Source of the DNA: a virus
Taxonomy: Duplodnaviria; Caudoviricetes
Length of the DNA stretch: 64,000 bases
Virus record (IMG/VR): IMGVR_UViG_3300027708_000013
Reading direction: 5' to 3' (one strand)
Part shown: in pieces, positions 17,901 to 27,152 of the stretch
How the letters are laid out: every line of letters begins with the position of its first letter
Position numbering within the stretch: the first letter of the stretch is position 1
The notes under the pieces: model-generated
The model's input: only the letters and a program-made list of their open reading frames with translations
Databases searched by the model: none
What the model was told of the DNA's origin: nothing
Translations under genes and position numbers: made by a program

Positions 17901-20357
17901 GCCTGTCACTAAGTTAGCAAATGGCAAATAGTAAGTCTGGTTATTGGTTAAGTTGGTAATTTGTTCATATAAAGCCACGTTGGCAGTTGTCATAGTACCG
18001 GTTAAGGCACCACCGTAACCTGCGAATGAAGTTGCTGTCAATGCACCTGTCGCAGCGTTGTATGATAATGAGCTTGATGCAGCCGCCTGTGCGTTGCCTG
18101 TGGTGTTTTGAGCACTGAGTACTGGATAATAAGTACCAGTGGCAGTGTTGGTTATACCGGTGTAGATAGCAGCGTTGGCTGTGGCCACTGTACCTGCGAC
18201 ACCAGTGGCACTTATGGTGCCTACAATTGATGCACCCGAGTTACCAATTGTGGCAGCGTTAACAGTTTGAGCTGTAACTGTAGTAAAGTTTCCTGTACTA
18301 GAACCCAGTGTACCAATTGGTGTATTTTGTAAACCGTTTCCTACATACAAATTACCAGTGATACTGGCATCACCCCATACCTGCATTGAGCCGGTGTTGG
18401 CCGATAAACCGCCACCCACTACTCTAGCATTGGCTAGAATTGTTGCACCACCTTTGAATGTACCAAGTTGTGTTCCTGTGAACACGTTGGCAGTGTCTGT
18501 ACCTTTGGTCCAATATGTAAAGTATCCGTCAACCACAGTTCTACCTGCAAAAGCTGCCGAGTCTGCTGTGTCATAATAGTGGAATTTTAAACCAACATCA
18601 CTAGTGGTCGGAACTGTCAGTGGGGTTAGGTCTTGTGGTGTGTTTAAGTTGATGATTGGGTCAGTAATACTCAATGTACTGGCACCAATACTTACACTGT
18701 TACCGGTTACTGTCAAGTTACCAGCAATGCTGACGTTGCTGTTGAAGAATGCAGCACCGGCAACACCTAAACCGCCAGATACAACCAGTGCACCAGATCC
18801 AAAATTGGTCGACACCGTTGAATTGGGTATTTGTACTTGTCCTGCTAGTATGCTGGTACTACCAACATTTAATGTTGTTACATTGGCGGATACGGAGTTG
18901 ACTTGTCCTGTGCTGGGGTTAACGTTGACGCTGGTCACTGCACCCAAGGTGCTGTTACCTGTTACTACGTTGGCAAATGGCAAGTAATAAGTTTGATTGT
19001 TAGTTAAGTTGGTAATTTGTTCGTACAACCCAACGTTGGCAGTTGTCATGGTACCAGTTAAGGCACCGCCATAACCTGCGAATGAAGTTGCTGTCAATGT
19101 ACCAGTTGCGGCGTTGTAACTTAAACTGCTAGATGCAGCTGCTTGTGCATTACCTGTGGTGTTTTGAGCACTTAATACCGGATAATAGGTGCCAGTGGCT
19201 GTGTTGGTTATTCCTGTGTAAACGGTGGCATTGGCTGTGGCCACTGTGCCTGCCACGTTGACGGCTGATAGTGTTCCACTAAAGCTGGTTGCTGTTAATG
19301 CACCGGTTGATGGGTTAAATGATAAGTTGGTTGCTACACCAGTTACACTGTTGCCTGTAGTAGAGAGGTTACTAAATTGTGGGTAAAATGTTTGATTAGT
19401 AGTGTATGCAGTCACTGAGTCGTATAGTGAAACGTTGGCTGTGGCCACCGTACCTGCGACGTTGGTAGCAGTTAAACTGGTTAATGCACTACCAGAGCCT
19501 GAAAATGCAGTTGCAGTCAGTGTACCTGTGCTGGGCACAAATGATAAGTTGGTTGCAACGCCGGCCACGCTGTTACCTGCAACAACAATATTACTTAATT
19601 TTGGATAAAATGTATTTGGGCTGGTGCTGACTGGAGTAATTACATCGTAGTTGGCCACGTTGGCCACGGCAATACTTGTGCCAGCACCGATTGTGCCTTG
19701 GAAAGTACCGTAGTAGTTTTGAGCATACACGTTGCCGTTGGTCAATACAATATTACCGTTGGTACTGGTTAAATTACCAGTTACCACCAAGTTGGGCAGT
19801 GTACTAATACCGGTTGGGCCTGTATAACGTGCACCTACTACCCAAACTTGTGTACTTATTGTGGTTGGTACGTTGGTATCTGCAAAGTTTAGCACACCCG
19901 ACTGGTAGTCAAAAAACCATCCGTCGTTGTTTCCCGAACCATCGGGTGATAGTGAGGTACCTGTGCTGGCATTTGCAGATGTCAATACCGTGCCAGTATA
20001 TACTTTAAGCTGATAACCAGTACCAAATTCTGGGCCGATCCAGTTGGTTAATCCTGTTTTCCAAGTACGGTTCACTGCAGCTGTACCGTCGTTTGTGGTT
20101 TGTACTGCACTGCTCAAACTGTCGCGATATACTGCAACCACTGTGGTGCCGTTGACCACTACGTTGCTGGTAGGTAAGGCAACCGCACCGTTGGCAATGG
20201 AATCACTTTGGTCCCAAATGTTATCGCCGCGTATCAACAACGGGCTACTGATCGATTCATTAGCAGGACTCTTGTTGGTAGATATGTCAGTCTTGGATAT
20301 ACCAAAACCTATTTTCTTAAATAGATAGTCTACTTTTTGTGCGTCTGAGATAGCCAT
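14958..20357 (-). CDS. Large tail fibre-like protein with twelve ~60-aa repeats
   Basis: 1799 aa, 12 copies of the FYP-SN-GN-NP.TG repeat counted by eye, plus C-terminal modules shared with neighbours. Confidence 0.78.
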   Translation of the reverse strand: MAISDAQKVDYLFKKIGFGISKTDISTNKSPANESISSPLLIRGDNIWDQSDSIANGAVALPTSNVVVNGTTVVAVYRDSLSSAVQTTNDGTAAVNRTWKTGLTNWIGPEFGTGYQLKVYTGTVLTSANASTGTSLSPDGSGNNDGWFFDYQSGVLNFADTNVPTTISTQVWVVGARYTGPTGISTLPNLVVTGNLTSTNGNIVLTNGNVYAQNYYGTFQGTIGAGTSIAVANVANYDVITPVSTSPNTFYPKLSNIVVAGNSVAGVATNLSFVPSTGTLTATAFSGSGSALTSLTATNVAGTVATANVSLYDSVTAYTTNQTFYPQFSNLSTTGNSVTGVATNLSFNPSTGALTATSFSGTLSAVNVAGTVATANATVYTGITNTATGTYYPVLSAQNTTGNAQAAASSSLSYNAATGTLTATSFAGYGGALTGTMTTANVGLYEQITNLTNNQTYYLPFANVVTGNSTLGAVTSVNVNPSTGQVNSVSANVTTLNVGSTSILAGQVQIPNSTVSTNFGSGALVVSGGLGVAGAAFFNSNVSIAGNLTVTGNSVSIGASTLSITDPIINLNTPQDLTPLTVPTTSDVGLKFHYYDTADSAAFAGRTVVDGYFTYWTKGTDTANVFTGTQLGTFKGGATILANARVVGGGLSANTGSMQVWGDASITGNLYVGNGLQNTPIGTLGSSTGNFTTVTAQTVNAATIGNSGASIVGTISATGVAGTVATANAAIYTGITNTATGTYYPVLSAQNTTGNAQAAASSSLSYNAATGALTATSFAGYGGALTGTMTTANVALYEQITNLTNNQTYYLPFANLVTGNSTLGAVTAVNVNPSTGNVSATAFIGSGQYLTNISIGSLSGTYPTANVAIYEQVTAYTTNQTFYPVFSNISTTGNTVAGVNSSLSYNPSTGALTATSFSGTLSATNVSGTTATANVSLYDSVTAYTTNQTFYPQFSNISTTGNSITGVSSSLSYNPSTGTLTATNFNGTVQGTVATANAAIYTGITNTASGTYYPVLSAQNTTGNAQTAASSSLSYNAATGALTATSFSGTLSAVNVAGTVATANVSLYESVTAYTTNQTFYPVFSNTSSSGNTVAGVATNLSFNPSSGTLSATVLNGTVTALNVSGTVATANVALYASATPYTTNQTFYPVFSNTVTAGNTTVGVNSGLSYNPATGTLTATNFAGAISGTIGTANVSLYESVTALTTNQTFYPQFSNISTTGNTISGVATNLTFNPGTGVLTATTFSGAGSFSTVSTSGVASLNANVVINNGSNTNDNTSGGLVIKGTAGAAIGGNINVGSAMFIGSGAQATVLNSPIAIKRGTPGAAPGFQYLQDALISATNYGSSDFIAYGNNYTGVANDHGFVDLGFTGDAFTDPYYSITKSNDGYVFASGANATVGGNLVLATDYSGNYNDVVVGVGSFYANSEVARFHGNASNSGTFVVKLPTNASPAANTGAFQVWGGASFGSNVYVGGAVTINGGQTAGNELFVRGKTDTTLIWARPNATYDQVLIGGSATAAIPSSGAKLQINSTDSILLPSGSNAQRPGSAGFTDVTGMFRYSTTSGAVEWYTGSAWQSASSSFTVVTDQQFNGDGVTTAFTLSAEVTTNATIVSINGVLQIPTLAYAVSGTTLTFTEAPANLDVIDVRSLTTTQTVTGIASTNGYMQVAADNNGVYIYTGVSSTAATTVWNTGGARVSNIANVSVASAATPTTIDTINNTLYRSAKYVVQVTNGANYQVQEALVISNGTVATITTYGAINTGGNLGVLSATQSGANTLVQFTAVNATNSVRIQKDYLNI

Positions 20358-20358
20358 A

Positions 20359-23181
20359 TTAGTTTGTCGCCGTTTCCATAGTTAATGCTGTTAGTGATTG
20401 TCCACTTGTTAAAGCAACTCTCACCCAAATTTCATTGTTTGTTGAGTTTGTTGAACTCAACGTACCAAATGTTGCTGTCACGCTCTTGTTGGTTTGTAAC
20501 GAGTTAAGTACTGCATTTCCACCGACTGCACAACCATTTGATATTCCGTTGCCGCCGGTGCCGGTGCCGGGAATTCCCCCTGCATAAGTAACACTTACAT
20601 CTAACCAACCGTTAGTGGGTGATGCATAGGTGTCTGTACCATTTGGTGAGCCACCAGGTAATGCTACCCATAAACCAGCAATAGTGCCCGAATACTTGAT
20701 GTTAAACTTAGACACCGCTGTACGAATAAACTTCATCGTGAAATATTGTGTTGTGGCTTGTCCACTTAAATTTGGGCCCACTGGCAAGTAACCAGTAGAG
20801 AAGTTAGTTTGACTCCACGCAATAATACCTTGTGAGCCCGATCCAACGACAACTGCATCGTAGGTCTGTAGTGTTGTTGTTTGGCTGTTCCAAATTGGTG
20901 AGCTAACGTTACCTGCTACATACACCGGGTTGTTAGAACTGCCTTGACTAGCAACACGGAAACCGTTACCCGATCCCGTACCTACTGAGTTAACAGGAAT
21001 AGTAGTTTCATCAATGGCAGTACCGGTACCGTTTTTCCATAATATGGTTGGAGCACCTGACGCTTGGTGTGCTGTAGCGAGAGATGCGTTATAGCCGTTG
21101 GTTACAGTTAATGTTGGACCTGAGGTACTAGAACCAAAGCCTGTAGTCACTATACTTGAGTTTGTTTCATAGTAAGCACTGGTTCCAGAGCCGTATGTGG
21201 TATTACACAAATATCTTGGTAACGGTACAGTACCAGACCAATAACCGGCACTGGCCACGGCTGCTGTGTAAGGTACAGCAGTAGGAGCTTGGAAGCCACC
21301 TGCGGCAGCAGTGGCACTGGTTAAGTTTACGTTACCTGTTGGATATGTGTCTCCGGATAAGTTGTTTACGTTGCCTTTTAATCTAAATACTGCACCCGAT
21401 GTAAAGTGCGGAATTGAGCTAGAGTACGCCACCACGTTGGTGGTCAATACTGCACTGGTGTTGGAGAATGTTGGTGTTCCAGCAGCAGTGGAACTAATAT
21501 CGTTGTACCACAGCAGTGAGTTGGTATTGCCATTTGTGTATCCGCCAAGGTCTTCAATTAAAATACTGTTCCAGCCCGGCAACATACCTGCTGTAGCCGA
21601 TATAGAAACGTTGGCACTGTACCAGAATCCAGCAGACACTGTGCTCTTGATGTTGTTGTAGTCTGTATCGTTGACAATTGACAAATTACCATTGGTCACT
21701 GTGCCCAATGCACCAGTTAAGTTTACAAATCCTGTTATGATGTTGCCACCGTACCAAGATCTTACGTTACCTTGACCCGATTTGATTGCTGCCAGCGTTG
21801 ATGTTGCAATGGTATTGGCACGCACCGCCGAAAATGTTGTTCCGCCGGCCAACTGATAAGTGTTACCAGAAATATTATTTTGCTGTGTCCATCCAGTACC
21901 ACGTGCCGCATCACCGGTCATGATGGCCGATGTGGTACCTGTTGTGATACTGAATGTGCTGGCCGCGCCAACAGATGTTGCTACGTTGCCCGGGAAGTTG
22001 GGAGGTGCGGCTGGAGTTAACTTGCCTAAAATTTGATTTAATTGTGCGATTGCATCTGTCACGTTGGTTGTACTTGTTAATGTTATTGCGTTGCTTACCA
22101 GTTGCCCAGAACTGTTAGATCCCAACACCAATGCATTGCCTGGGTTGAAACTCAACACACCAGCACCGTTGGTAATCACTGTATAGCCACTTGTGCCACC
22201 TGTTACGCTCACGTTGCCAATGGCACCCAGTCCTAAAACAGTACCGCTTAAACTACTAATGGCATTACCAGTGAGTGCAATATTACCAATGGTCAAATTG
22301 GCAGTGCCGGGATTGAATGACAAGTTGGTTGCAACACCATGTGTGGTATTTCCAGCAGACACCAAGTTACTGAACATGGGATAAAATACTTGACTTGTGG
22401 TGTAGGGTGCTGTGCAAGCGTAGAACGCTGTGTTACCGGCACTGGCTGCTGCAACGCCGGTTAAATAAATTCCAGACCCAACAAATGAACCTGCAAATAA
22501 ATTACCAGAGCCGGGGTTAAACACCAGGTTAGTAGCAACACCACCCACAGTGTTGCCCGCGGTTGAAATATTACTGAATTGCGGGAAAAAGTTAGCTGTG
22601 GTAGTGAACGGAGTCACTGAGTCATACTGTGACACGTTGGCTGTGGCCACTGTGCCCGATACACCTGCGGCACTTAATGTGCCCGACAGTGTTGTGCCCG
22701 AATTACCAATGGTGGCAGCTGTCACTGTACTGGCAGTGATAGTTCCACTTTGAGAAAATATATTACCAACTTTTAAGTTGGCAAAACCTGAATTATTAAT
22801 ACTGGTGATACCAGTACCAGTGTCTGTTGTAGCAATGGCTTCAAAAGCAGCATCATTTTCTACCCAACCCCAGAATGCATTTACTGAACCATACGGAGCC
22901 AATGAGCTTAGGTTACGATTGACTAATAAACCAATGTCGTAACCGACCAAGCTACCTGCGTAACCGTTGTTAAACACCACAACCGGGTCATTGACATAGG
23001 TATTAACACTGTTGATTGTGGTGGGAGTACCAGAAACAGAAAAGTTACCAATAATAGAAACATTGCTATTTAATGTAAGATTGGCATTAAATAAGGAACC
23101 AGTCAGTGTACCGGCAGCAATCTTGGCAAACGTAATGGTTGCATCAGTGATCTGATTATTCTTGATTCTAGTAACTGCCAT
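20359..23181 (-). CDS. Fibre/virion structural protein with two repeat copies
   Basis: 940 aa, starts MAVTRIKNNQITD; TAAATA at 23204-23209 and SD AGGA. Confidence 0.72.
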   Translation of the reverse strand: MAVTRIKNNQITDATITFAKIAAGTLTGSLFNANLTLNSNVSIIGNFSVSGTPTTINSVNTYVNDPVVVFNNGYAGSLVGYDIGLLVNRNLSSLAPYGSVNAFWGWVENDAAFEAIATTDTGTGITSINNSGFANLKVGNIFSQSGTITASTVTAATIGNSGTTLSGTLSAAGVSGTVATANVSQYDSVTPFTTTANFFPQFSNISTAGNTVGGVATNLVFNPGSGNLFAGSFVGSGIYLTGVAAASAGNTAFYACTAPYTTSQVFYPMFSNLVSAGNTTHGVATNLSFNPGTANLTIGNIALTGNAISSLSGTVLGLGAIGNVSVTGGTSGYTVITNGAGVLSFNPGNALVLGSNSSGQLVSNAITLTSTTNVTDAIAQLNQILGKLTPAAPPNFPGNVATSVGAASTFSITTGTTSAIMTGDAARGTGWTQQNNISGNTYQLAGGTTFSAVRANTIATSTLAAIKSGQGNVRSWYGGNIITGFVNLTGALGTVTNGNLSIVNDTDYNNIKSTVSAGFWYSANVSISATAGMLPGWNSILIEDLGGYTNGNTNSLLWYNDISSTAAGTPTFSNTSAVLTTNVVAYSSSIPHFTSGAVFRLKGNVNNLSGDTYPTGNVNLTSATAAAGGFQAPTAVPYTAAVASAGYWSGTVPLPRYLCNTTYGSGTSAYYETNSSIVTTGFGSSTSGPTLTVTNGYNASLATAHQASGAPTILWKNGTGTAIDETTIPVNSVGTGSGNGFRVASQGSSNNPVYVAGNVSSPIWNSQTTTLQTYDAVVVGSGSQGIIAWSQTNFSTGYLPVGPNLSGQATTQYFTMKFIRTAVSKFNIKYSGTIAGLWVALPGGSPNGTDTYASPTNGWLDVSVTYAGGIPGTGTGGNGISNGCAVGGNAVLNSLQTNKSVTATFGTLSSTNSTNNEIWVRVALTSGQSLTALTMETATN

Positions 23182-23218
23182 ACCGATTCCTTTTTATATC
23201 AAGTATTTATGCTCAAAG

Positions 23219-24823
23219 TTAAATTACGAAATATGTGCGTTGAATTCTCAGCTGATTTGACGCTGTGGTGGCTTGTGCCAACAAATTAACAGTGGTACCG
23301 CTTACGTTTGCTGTGTATGTCACTGCACTGACGCCAACTCTAACATTGGCCACGTTGCTGATTGCAACAGATCCGGCATTTTGTATCAACATCAACTCTG
23401 AAAATTGTGCGTCCGAGGAGTTACTGCTGGAAATTGTGTATTTGGCACTTCTATAAGCAGTGGTGTCAAAACTATCAATAATTTTTAATACGGTGCCCAA
23501 TGCTACATTGGCAGAATCAACCAGAGTAGAATCTGTGCTGACCACAGTGCTCACTGTGGCAATATATCTAACGTTTACAATATCTGTTGTTAGTGGTACT
23601 TCCGTAAATGTCAAGCTGGTGCCCGACACTGTGTAGGCTATATCTGGTTGTTGCATGGTACCGTTGATACTGACAAGAATACCAGCTGCAGTGGTTGACT
23701 GTGTCAATGTAAATGTTTGAGCAACACCGTCGGGCGTAATTTGTTGATCTGTAATGGTATTGGTCAAAGGAACCCAAGCAGTGCCATTGTGGTATTCCAC
23801 TGTGCCCAGGGCTGTGTTGAATCTTAAATATCCCGATGCACCTGTGGGTCTAGTTGCAGTGTCGCCCACGGGTAATTTAATTGCAGCGGATGAATTAAAT
23901 GTTACAATATTTCCAGTACGTGGAGAAATTTGATCAGTTAAAATATTTCCATAAAAGTTGCCGGTGACTGTGGTATTACCGCTGGCGATGTTGCCTGTAT
24001 AATTGGGCAAGTATGTGGCTACATTGGCGTTTCCGTAACTGCCGGCGGCAATAGCAGTAAAAATATTAACACCATTGGCAAATAAAAAGTTTGGTGCAAC
24101 TACATTGCCACTCACTGTGACATTACCACCAACACCCACACCACCGGTGACAACCACAGCACCTGTTGAGGAACTAGAGCTTACAGTGGCATTACTTAGC
24201 GTTATGCCACCTGCACGAATGGTATCCATGACAACATTGGCATTGGCCAAGTCCACTGTGGCGCCTGTGGGTTCAGCAGCATTACTGAAAAAATACCAAT
24301 AGTTGTCTGCATCGTTTCTCACTACACCGGTGTGTTGATAGTTGTTGCTGGATCCACCAGTAAAAGCACTGTAAAGCCCAATATCGTAGTTGTAGGGGGT
24401 GGTTGAGGACGGTGACAAATAAACCAATGACTCACCAATGCTGAGTACTTGAAAGTTGTCCGATACTATGGTGTTGGCATGTATAGTACCGCCCACACGT
24501 AGATCCCGAACAATGCCCATGCCACCTGCCACTGTCACTGCACCTGTTGTGGGACCGGAGGAGTCAGTGGTGTTGGTAAAGGTGGTGGCCGATCCCATGC
24601 TTAAACCACCACTGTTGCTGGAGATGGTGTTGCCTAGTACAAAGATATTGGCAATTCTAGCATTGCCTGTGCTGTCTAGTGCATAGCCCGGTGCGGTGGT
24701 GTTGATGCCCACCCAACGATTGTTGACATCAAAATACACAAGATTAGCATCAATGGATAAATCAACTCCTTGGCGATCCAAGTTGTTGTACAGCATTGGT
24801 CCTGATATACGTCCAATGGCCAT
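23219..24823 (-). CDS. Virion structural protein (fibre-associated)
   Basis: 534 aa, MAIGRISGPML start; shares LPVG.TA.RP, TDQQ..DGV..FTL and C-terminal SAKYTIS modules with the 1799-aa protein. Confidence 0.72.
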   Translation of the reverse strand: MAIGRISGPMLYNNLDRQGVDLSIDANLVYFDVNNRWVGINTTAPGYALDSTGNARIANIFVLGNTISSNSGGLSMGSATTFTNTTDSSGPTTGAVTVAGGMGIVRDLRVGGTIHANTIVSDNFQVLSIGESLVYLSPSSTTPYNYDIGLYSAFTGGSSNNYQHTGVVRNDADNYWYFFSNAAEPTGATVDLANANVVMDTIRAGGITLSNATVSSSSSTGAVVVTGGVGVGGNVTVSGNVVAPNFLFANGVNIFTAIAAGSYGNANVATYLPNYTGNIASGNTTVTGNFYGNILTDQISPRTGNIVTFNSSAAIKLPVGDTATRPTGASGYLRFNTALGTVEYHNGTAWVPLTNTITDQQITPDGVAQTFTLTQSTTAAGILVSINGTMQQPDIAYTVSGTSLTFTEVPLTTDIVNVRYIATVSTVVSTDSTLVDSANVALGTVLKIIDSFDTTAYRSAKYTISSSNSSDAQFSELMLIQNAGSVAISNVANVRVGVSAVTYTANVSGTTVNLLAQATTASNQLRIQRTYFVI

Positions 24824-24831
24824 GTTGAGTC

Positions 24832-25263
24832 CTAGGCTGGCACGTTGGTGCTGTTGAGATTGTGAATTATATTAATTCTGTTGGGACTTGTGGGCAAGCT
24901 GGGTGCCGGTGGCGCTGATGTGAATGTTATGGCAGTTCCCGCCACCGTGTAAGCAGTTCCTGGCAATTGATAAACCCCGCCAATGGTGACAACTATGTTT
25001 TTTGCATCACTTTCGCTTTGACTCATGGTGAACACTGTGGTTGAACCATCGCCCACTAGGTCGTCCACTGTAGGAGTCAAGGTACCAATTTTGGCCACTT
25101 GATTCCAAGCACCGTTGTAATAAAATTCAATTCTATTTGTGGCCACGTTGAATCTAATGATACCGTCCACAGGTGCGTCACCATAGCTACTGCTGGGCAC
25201 CATGGGCAATCTAGCAGCTTGGCTGCCGGGTGTTAGGTCCGGGTTTTTTAAAAATCGTGCCAT
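24832..25263 (-). CDS. Small virion structural protein
   Basis: 143 aa; G.IRFN...IEFY.NGAW and GDGSTTVFTM modules paralogous to neighbours. Confidence 0.7.
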   Translation of the reverse strand: MARFLKNPDLTPGSQAARLPMVPSSSYGDAPVDGIIRFNVATNRIEFYYNGAWNQVAKIGTLTPTVDDLVGDGSTTVFTMSQSESDAKNIVVTIGGVYQLPGTAYTVAGTAITFTSAPPAPSLPTSPNRINIIHNLNSTNVPA

Positions 25264-25266
25264 GTG

Positions 25267-25575
25267 TTAGATTCCTATTGAACTTACTGTGGCAGTTACA
25301 CTGGTAGTGGCTGATGCATTGGCAGCAATGAAATCACCGTTGGCCAATATGAACTTTTCTTGATAAATGATCAAGGTGTTGTAGGCTGATATGGTGACAT
25401 TGCCATAGATCACTGTGGTACCGTTGGCCACCCCGCCCGAGGGTACCACATACACATTGGCCTGTACCGACGAGCCAGTGTAGTTGCACAGGTGTATGGT
25501 GGTGATTGCTGTGTTGCCGGCACTGGTGTAAATGCTGGCAGCAGTGGTTGTTAATGCGGTGTTTTGTATTGCCAT
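25267..25575 (-). CDS. Small beta-rich virion protein
   Basis: 102 aa, in tight operon spacing, SD AGGA. Confidence 0.65.
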   Translation of the reverse strand: MAIQNTALTTTAASIYTSAGNTAITTIHLCNYTGSSVQANVYVVPSGGVANGTTVIYGNVTISAYNTLIIYQEKFILANGDFIAANASATTSVTATVSSIGI

Positions 25576-25584
25576 TTTTTTATC

Positions 25585-26103
25585 CTATCCAAAAATAATA
25601 CTGTACGCAATACTGCGTTGTTTTGTAATCAACTCTTGATTTACATAATTGTTGTTTGTAGCATATACGCCCGAGCCACCCGCTGAAGGGGTGTTGGCAT
25701 AAAATTGCACGTTTGATACAGTGTCGTATATTCTATATCCGGTTATGTTTAAGTTGGCAGTTAAGCCAGCAAGCCCAGTGGAAATATTGGCATAGGTGCT
25801 GCCGTCTGTGGTCACTTGCCAATTTCGCACTGTTTCGTTCCAACGCAGGGCCACATTGGCACTGGAGCCACGATTGACTTCTATACCTGCGTTCAAGGTG
25901 GGTGCTGTGTTGGACGACAAATTGGCATTCAATGTGATGATGTTGTCCCAAATTGAGGTGTTGGTGGTGTTGATACTGGTAGAGTTACCGGTCACTATCA
26001 AGTTACCATTCACAGTGAGTGTGTTGGTGTTGACGTAGACATTGTCACTGGCACCTGCACTTTGAATTGTATAGTCACCTGAGATTCTTTTAAAAGTTGC
26101 CAT
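25585..26103 (-). CDS. Virion structural protein
   Basis: 172 aa; DNIITLN...AGIEVNRGS...LRWNE module; TAAATA at 26125-26130. Confidence 0.7.
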   Translation of the reverse strand: MATFKRISGDYTIQSAGASDNVYVNTNTLTVNGNLIVTGNSTSINTTNTSIWDNIITLNANLSSNTAPTLNAGIEVNRGSSANVALRWNETVRNWQVTTDGSTYANISTGLAGLTANLNITGYRIYDTVSNVQFYANTPSAGGSGVYATNNNYVNQELITKQRSIAYSIIFG

Positions 26104-26153
26104 CTTTACAGTCCTGTTATAGAGTATTTAGCAAATATCTAATATACAATTTC

Positions 26154-26190
26154 AAAAAAAAAAACAACCTGTGTTGTGACAGGCTGTTTT
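26154..26190 (-). terminator. Intrinsic terminator after the 254-aa gene
   Basis: Minus strand AACAGCCTGT-cacaac-ACAGGTTGTT followed by a long T run. Confidence 0.85.
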
Positions 26191-26230
26191 GAACTGATTC
26201 ATGCTGATCGACGTCAGCTGATTATAGTTA

Positions 26231-26995
26231 TTAACCGCTGATTACTCTGGCAAATCCCGATGTTATTGTGGCTGATGCCGACACAGCATTTCCACCCAAC
26301 ACATAACGGAATCTAGTTGGATTGAAACCGTTGGTGTAATAGGTCACTGTACCGTCTGTGCTGTCACGGGTACCATTAGTGGTGAAGTCATGTATATACT
26401 TGTTGTCAATTCTACTTACTAATGTCATGGTGTTGGCCAGCACAAAAGTAGAAGAGGAAACATTACCAGTAACAGCCACAGCCACGTTGGTAGTGGAAAC
26501 TACAGCAGTAACTTGTGCACCGTATACGCCAATGTTGGCACTGGTGAATCCAAGAATATAGTCGCCCACACGTGGCGTTGCCACTGGACCAATGGTTGTA
26601 CCTGTGGTCCATGACACCCAAGTTTGTGTGGCATTGCCGGCAATGTTGGCTGCTGCTATGTTTGCACTGGGAATAACACAGATGTTTGCCCATAAGTTCA
26701 TTTGACCTGCCGCTAGTGTTGTACTGTTTACCAACTTGCATACACCTGTTCTAGTGCCATCACTCACACGAAACTTGTGAGCCCCTTTTTGTGATGTAAT
26801 ACTGCCGGGTAAGGCACTGCCGCCAGTGACAAACACTGTGGGCTTGATCTGTAAGCCGACCTGACTGGTGACACCACCCACGCCGCCGATGCGATTACCG
26901 TTGACCTGGGTTGGTGTGACAAATCTATCCGTTTGAGCTTGTGGATAGTTTACTGATGATACCGAAGTTGTTGTTGAAATTTTTAATTTTGCCAT
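26231..26995 (-). CDS. Monocistronic virion protein (possible head decoration)
   Basis: 254 aa, beta-rich, strong SD AAGGAGA, own late promoter and terminator, directly after gp23. Confidence 0.65.
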   Translation of the reverse strand: MAKLKISTTTSVSSVNYPQAQTDRFVTPTQVNGNRIGGVGGVTSQVGLQIKPTVFVTGGSALPGSITSQKGAHKFRVSDGTRTGVCKLVNSTTLAAGQMNLWANICVIPSANIAAANIAGNATQTWVSWTTGTTIGPVATPRVGDYILGFTSANIGVYGAQVTAVVSTTNVAVAVTGNVSSSTFVLANTMTLVSRIDNKYIHDFTTNGTRDSTDGTVTYYTNGFNPTRFRYVLGGNAVSASATITSGFARVISG

Positions 26996-27083
26996 TTTGT
27001 TTCTCCTTTGCCCTTCAGGGCGTTAGCGTTCTAGGCCGCCCGAAGTGGTGCTCCGAGAGTCTCTCTCAGCGAGTGAACATGAA
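26996..27083 (-). ncRNA. Candidate structured 5' leader (cis-regulatory RNA)
   Basis: GC-rich 88 nt between TAAATA (27084-27089) and the ATG; hairpins GAGAG/CUCUC, C-UUCG-G and GCCC-UGAA-GGGC next to the SD. Confidence 0.5.
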
Positions 27084-27102
27084 TATTTATGCCGTTGTCA
27101 AC

Positions 27103-27128
27103 AAAAAACCTGCACTGGGCAGGTTTTT
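27103..27128. terminator. Intrinsic (bidirectional-type) terminator after gp23
   Basis: AAAAACCTGC-actgg-GCAGGTTTTT perfect 10-bp stem with A/T tails. Confidence 0.85.
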
Positions 27129-27152
27129 GTTTGATACAAATACAGTTTCGAT

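Noticed and set aside
10956-23181. Possible CRISPR array or DGR template/variable repeat pair
   Set aside because: Repeats are in-frame protein repeats with mostly synonymous differences, not constant repeats with unique spacers or adenine-specific mismatches; no reverse transcriptase or cas gene in the window.
9123-26741. Many 60-130 aa alternative-frame and antisense ORFs across the fibre genes
   Set aside because: Shadows of Thr/Ala/Gly/Val-rich coding sequence, which lacks stops on the opposite strand; no RBS, promoter or motifs.
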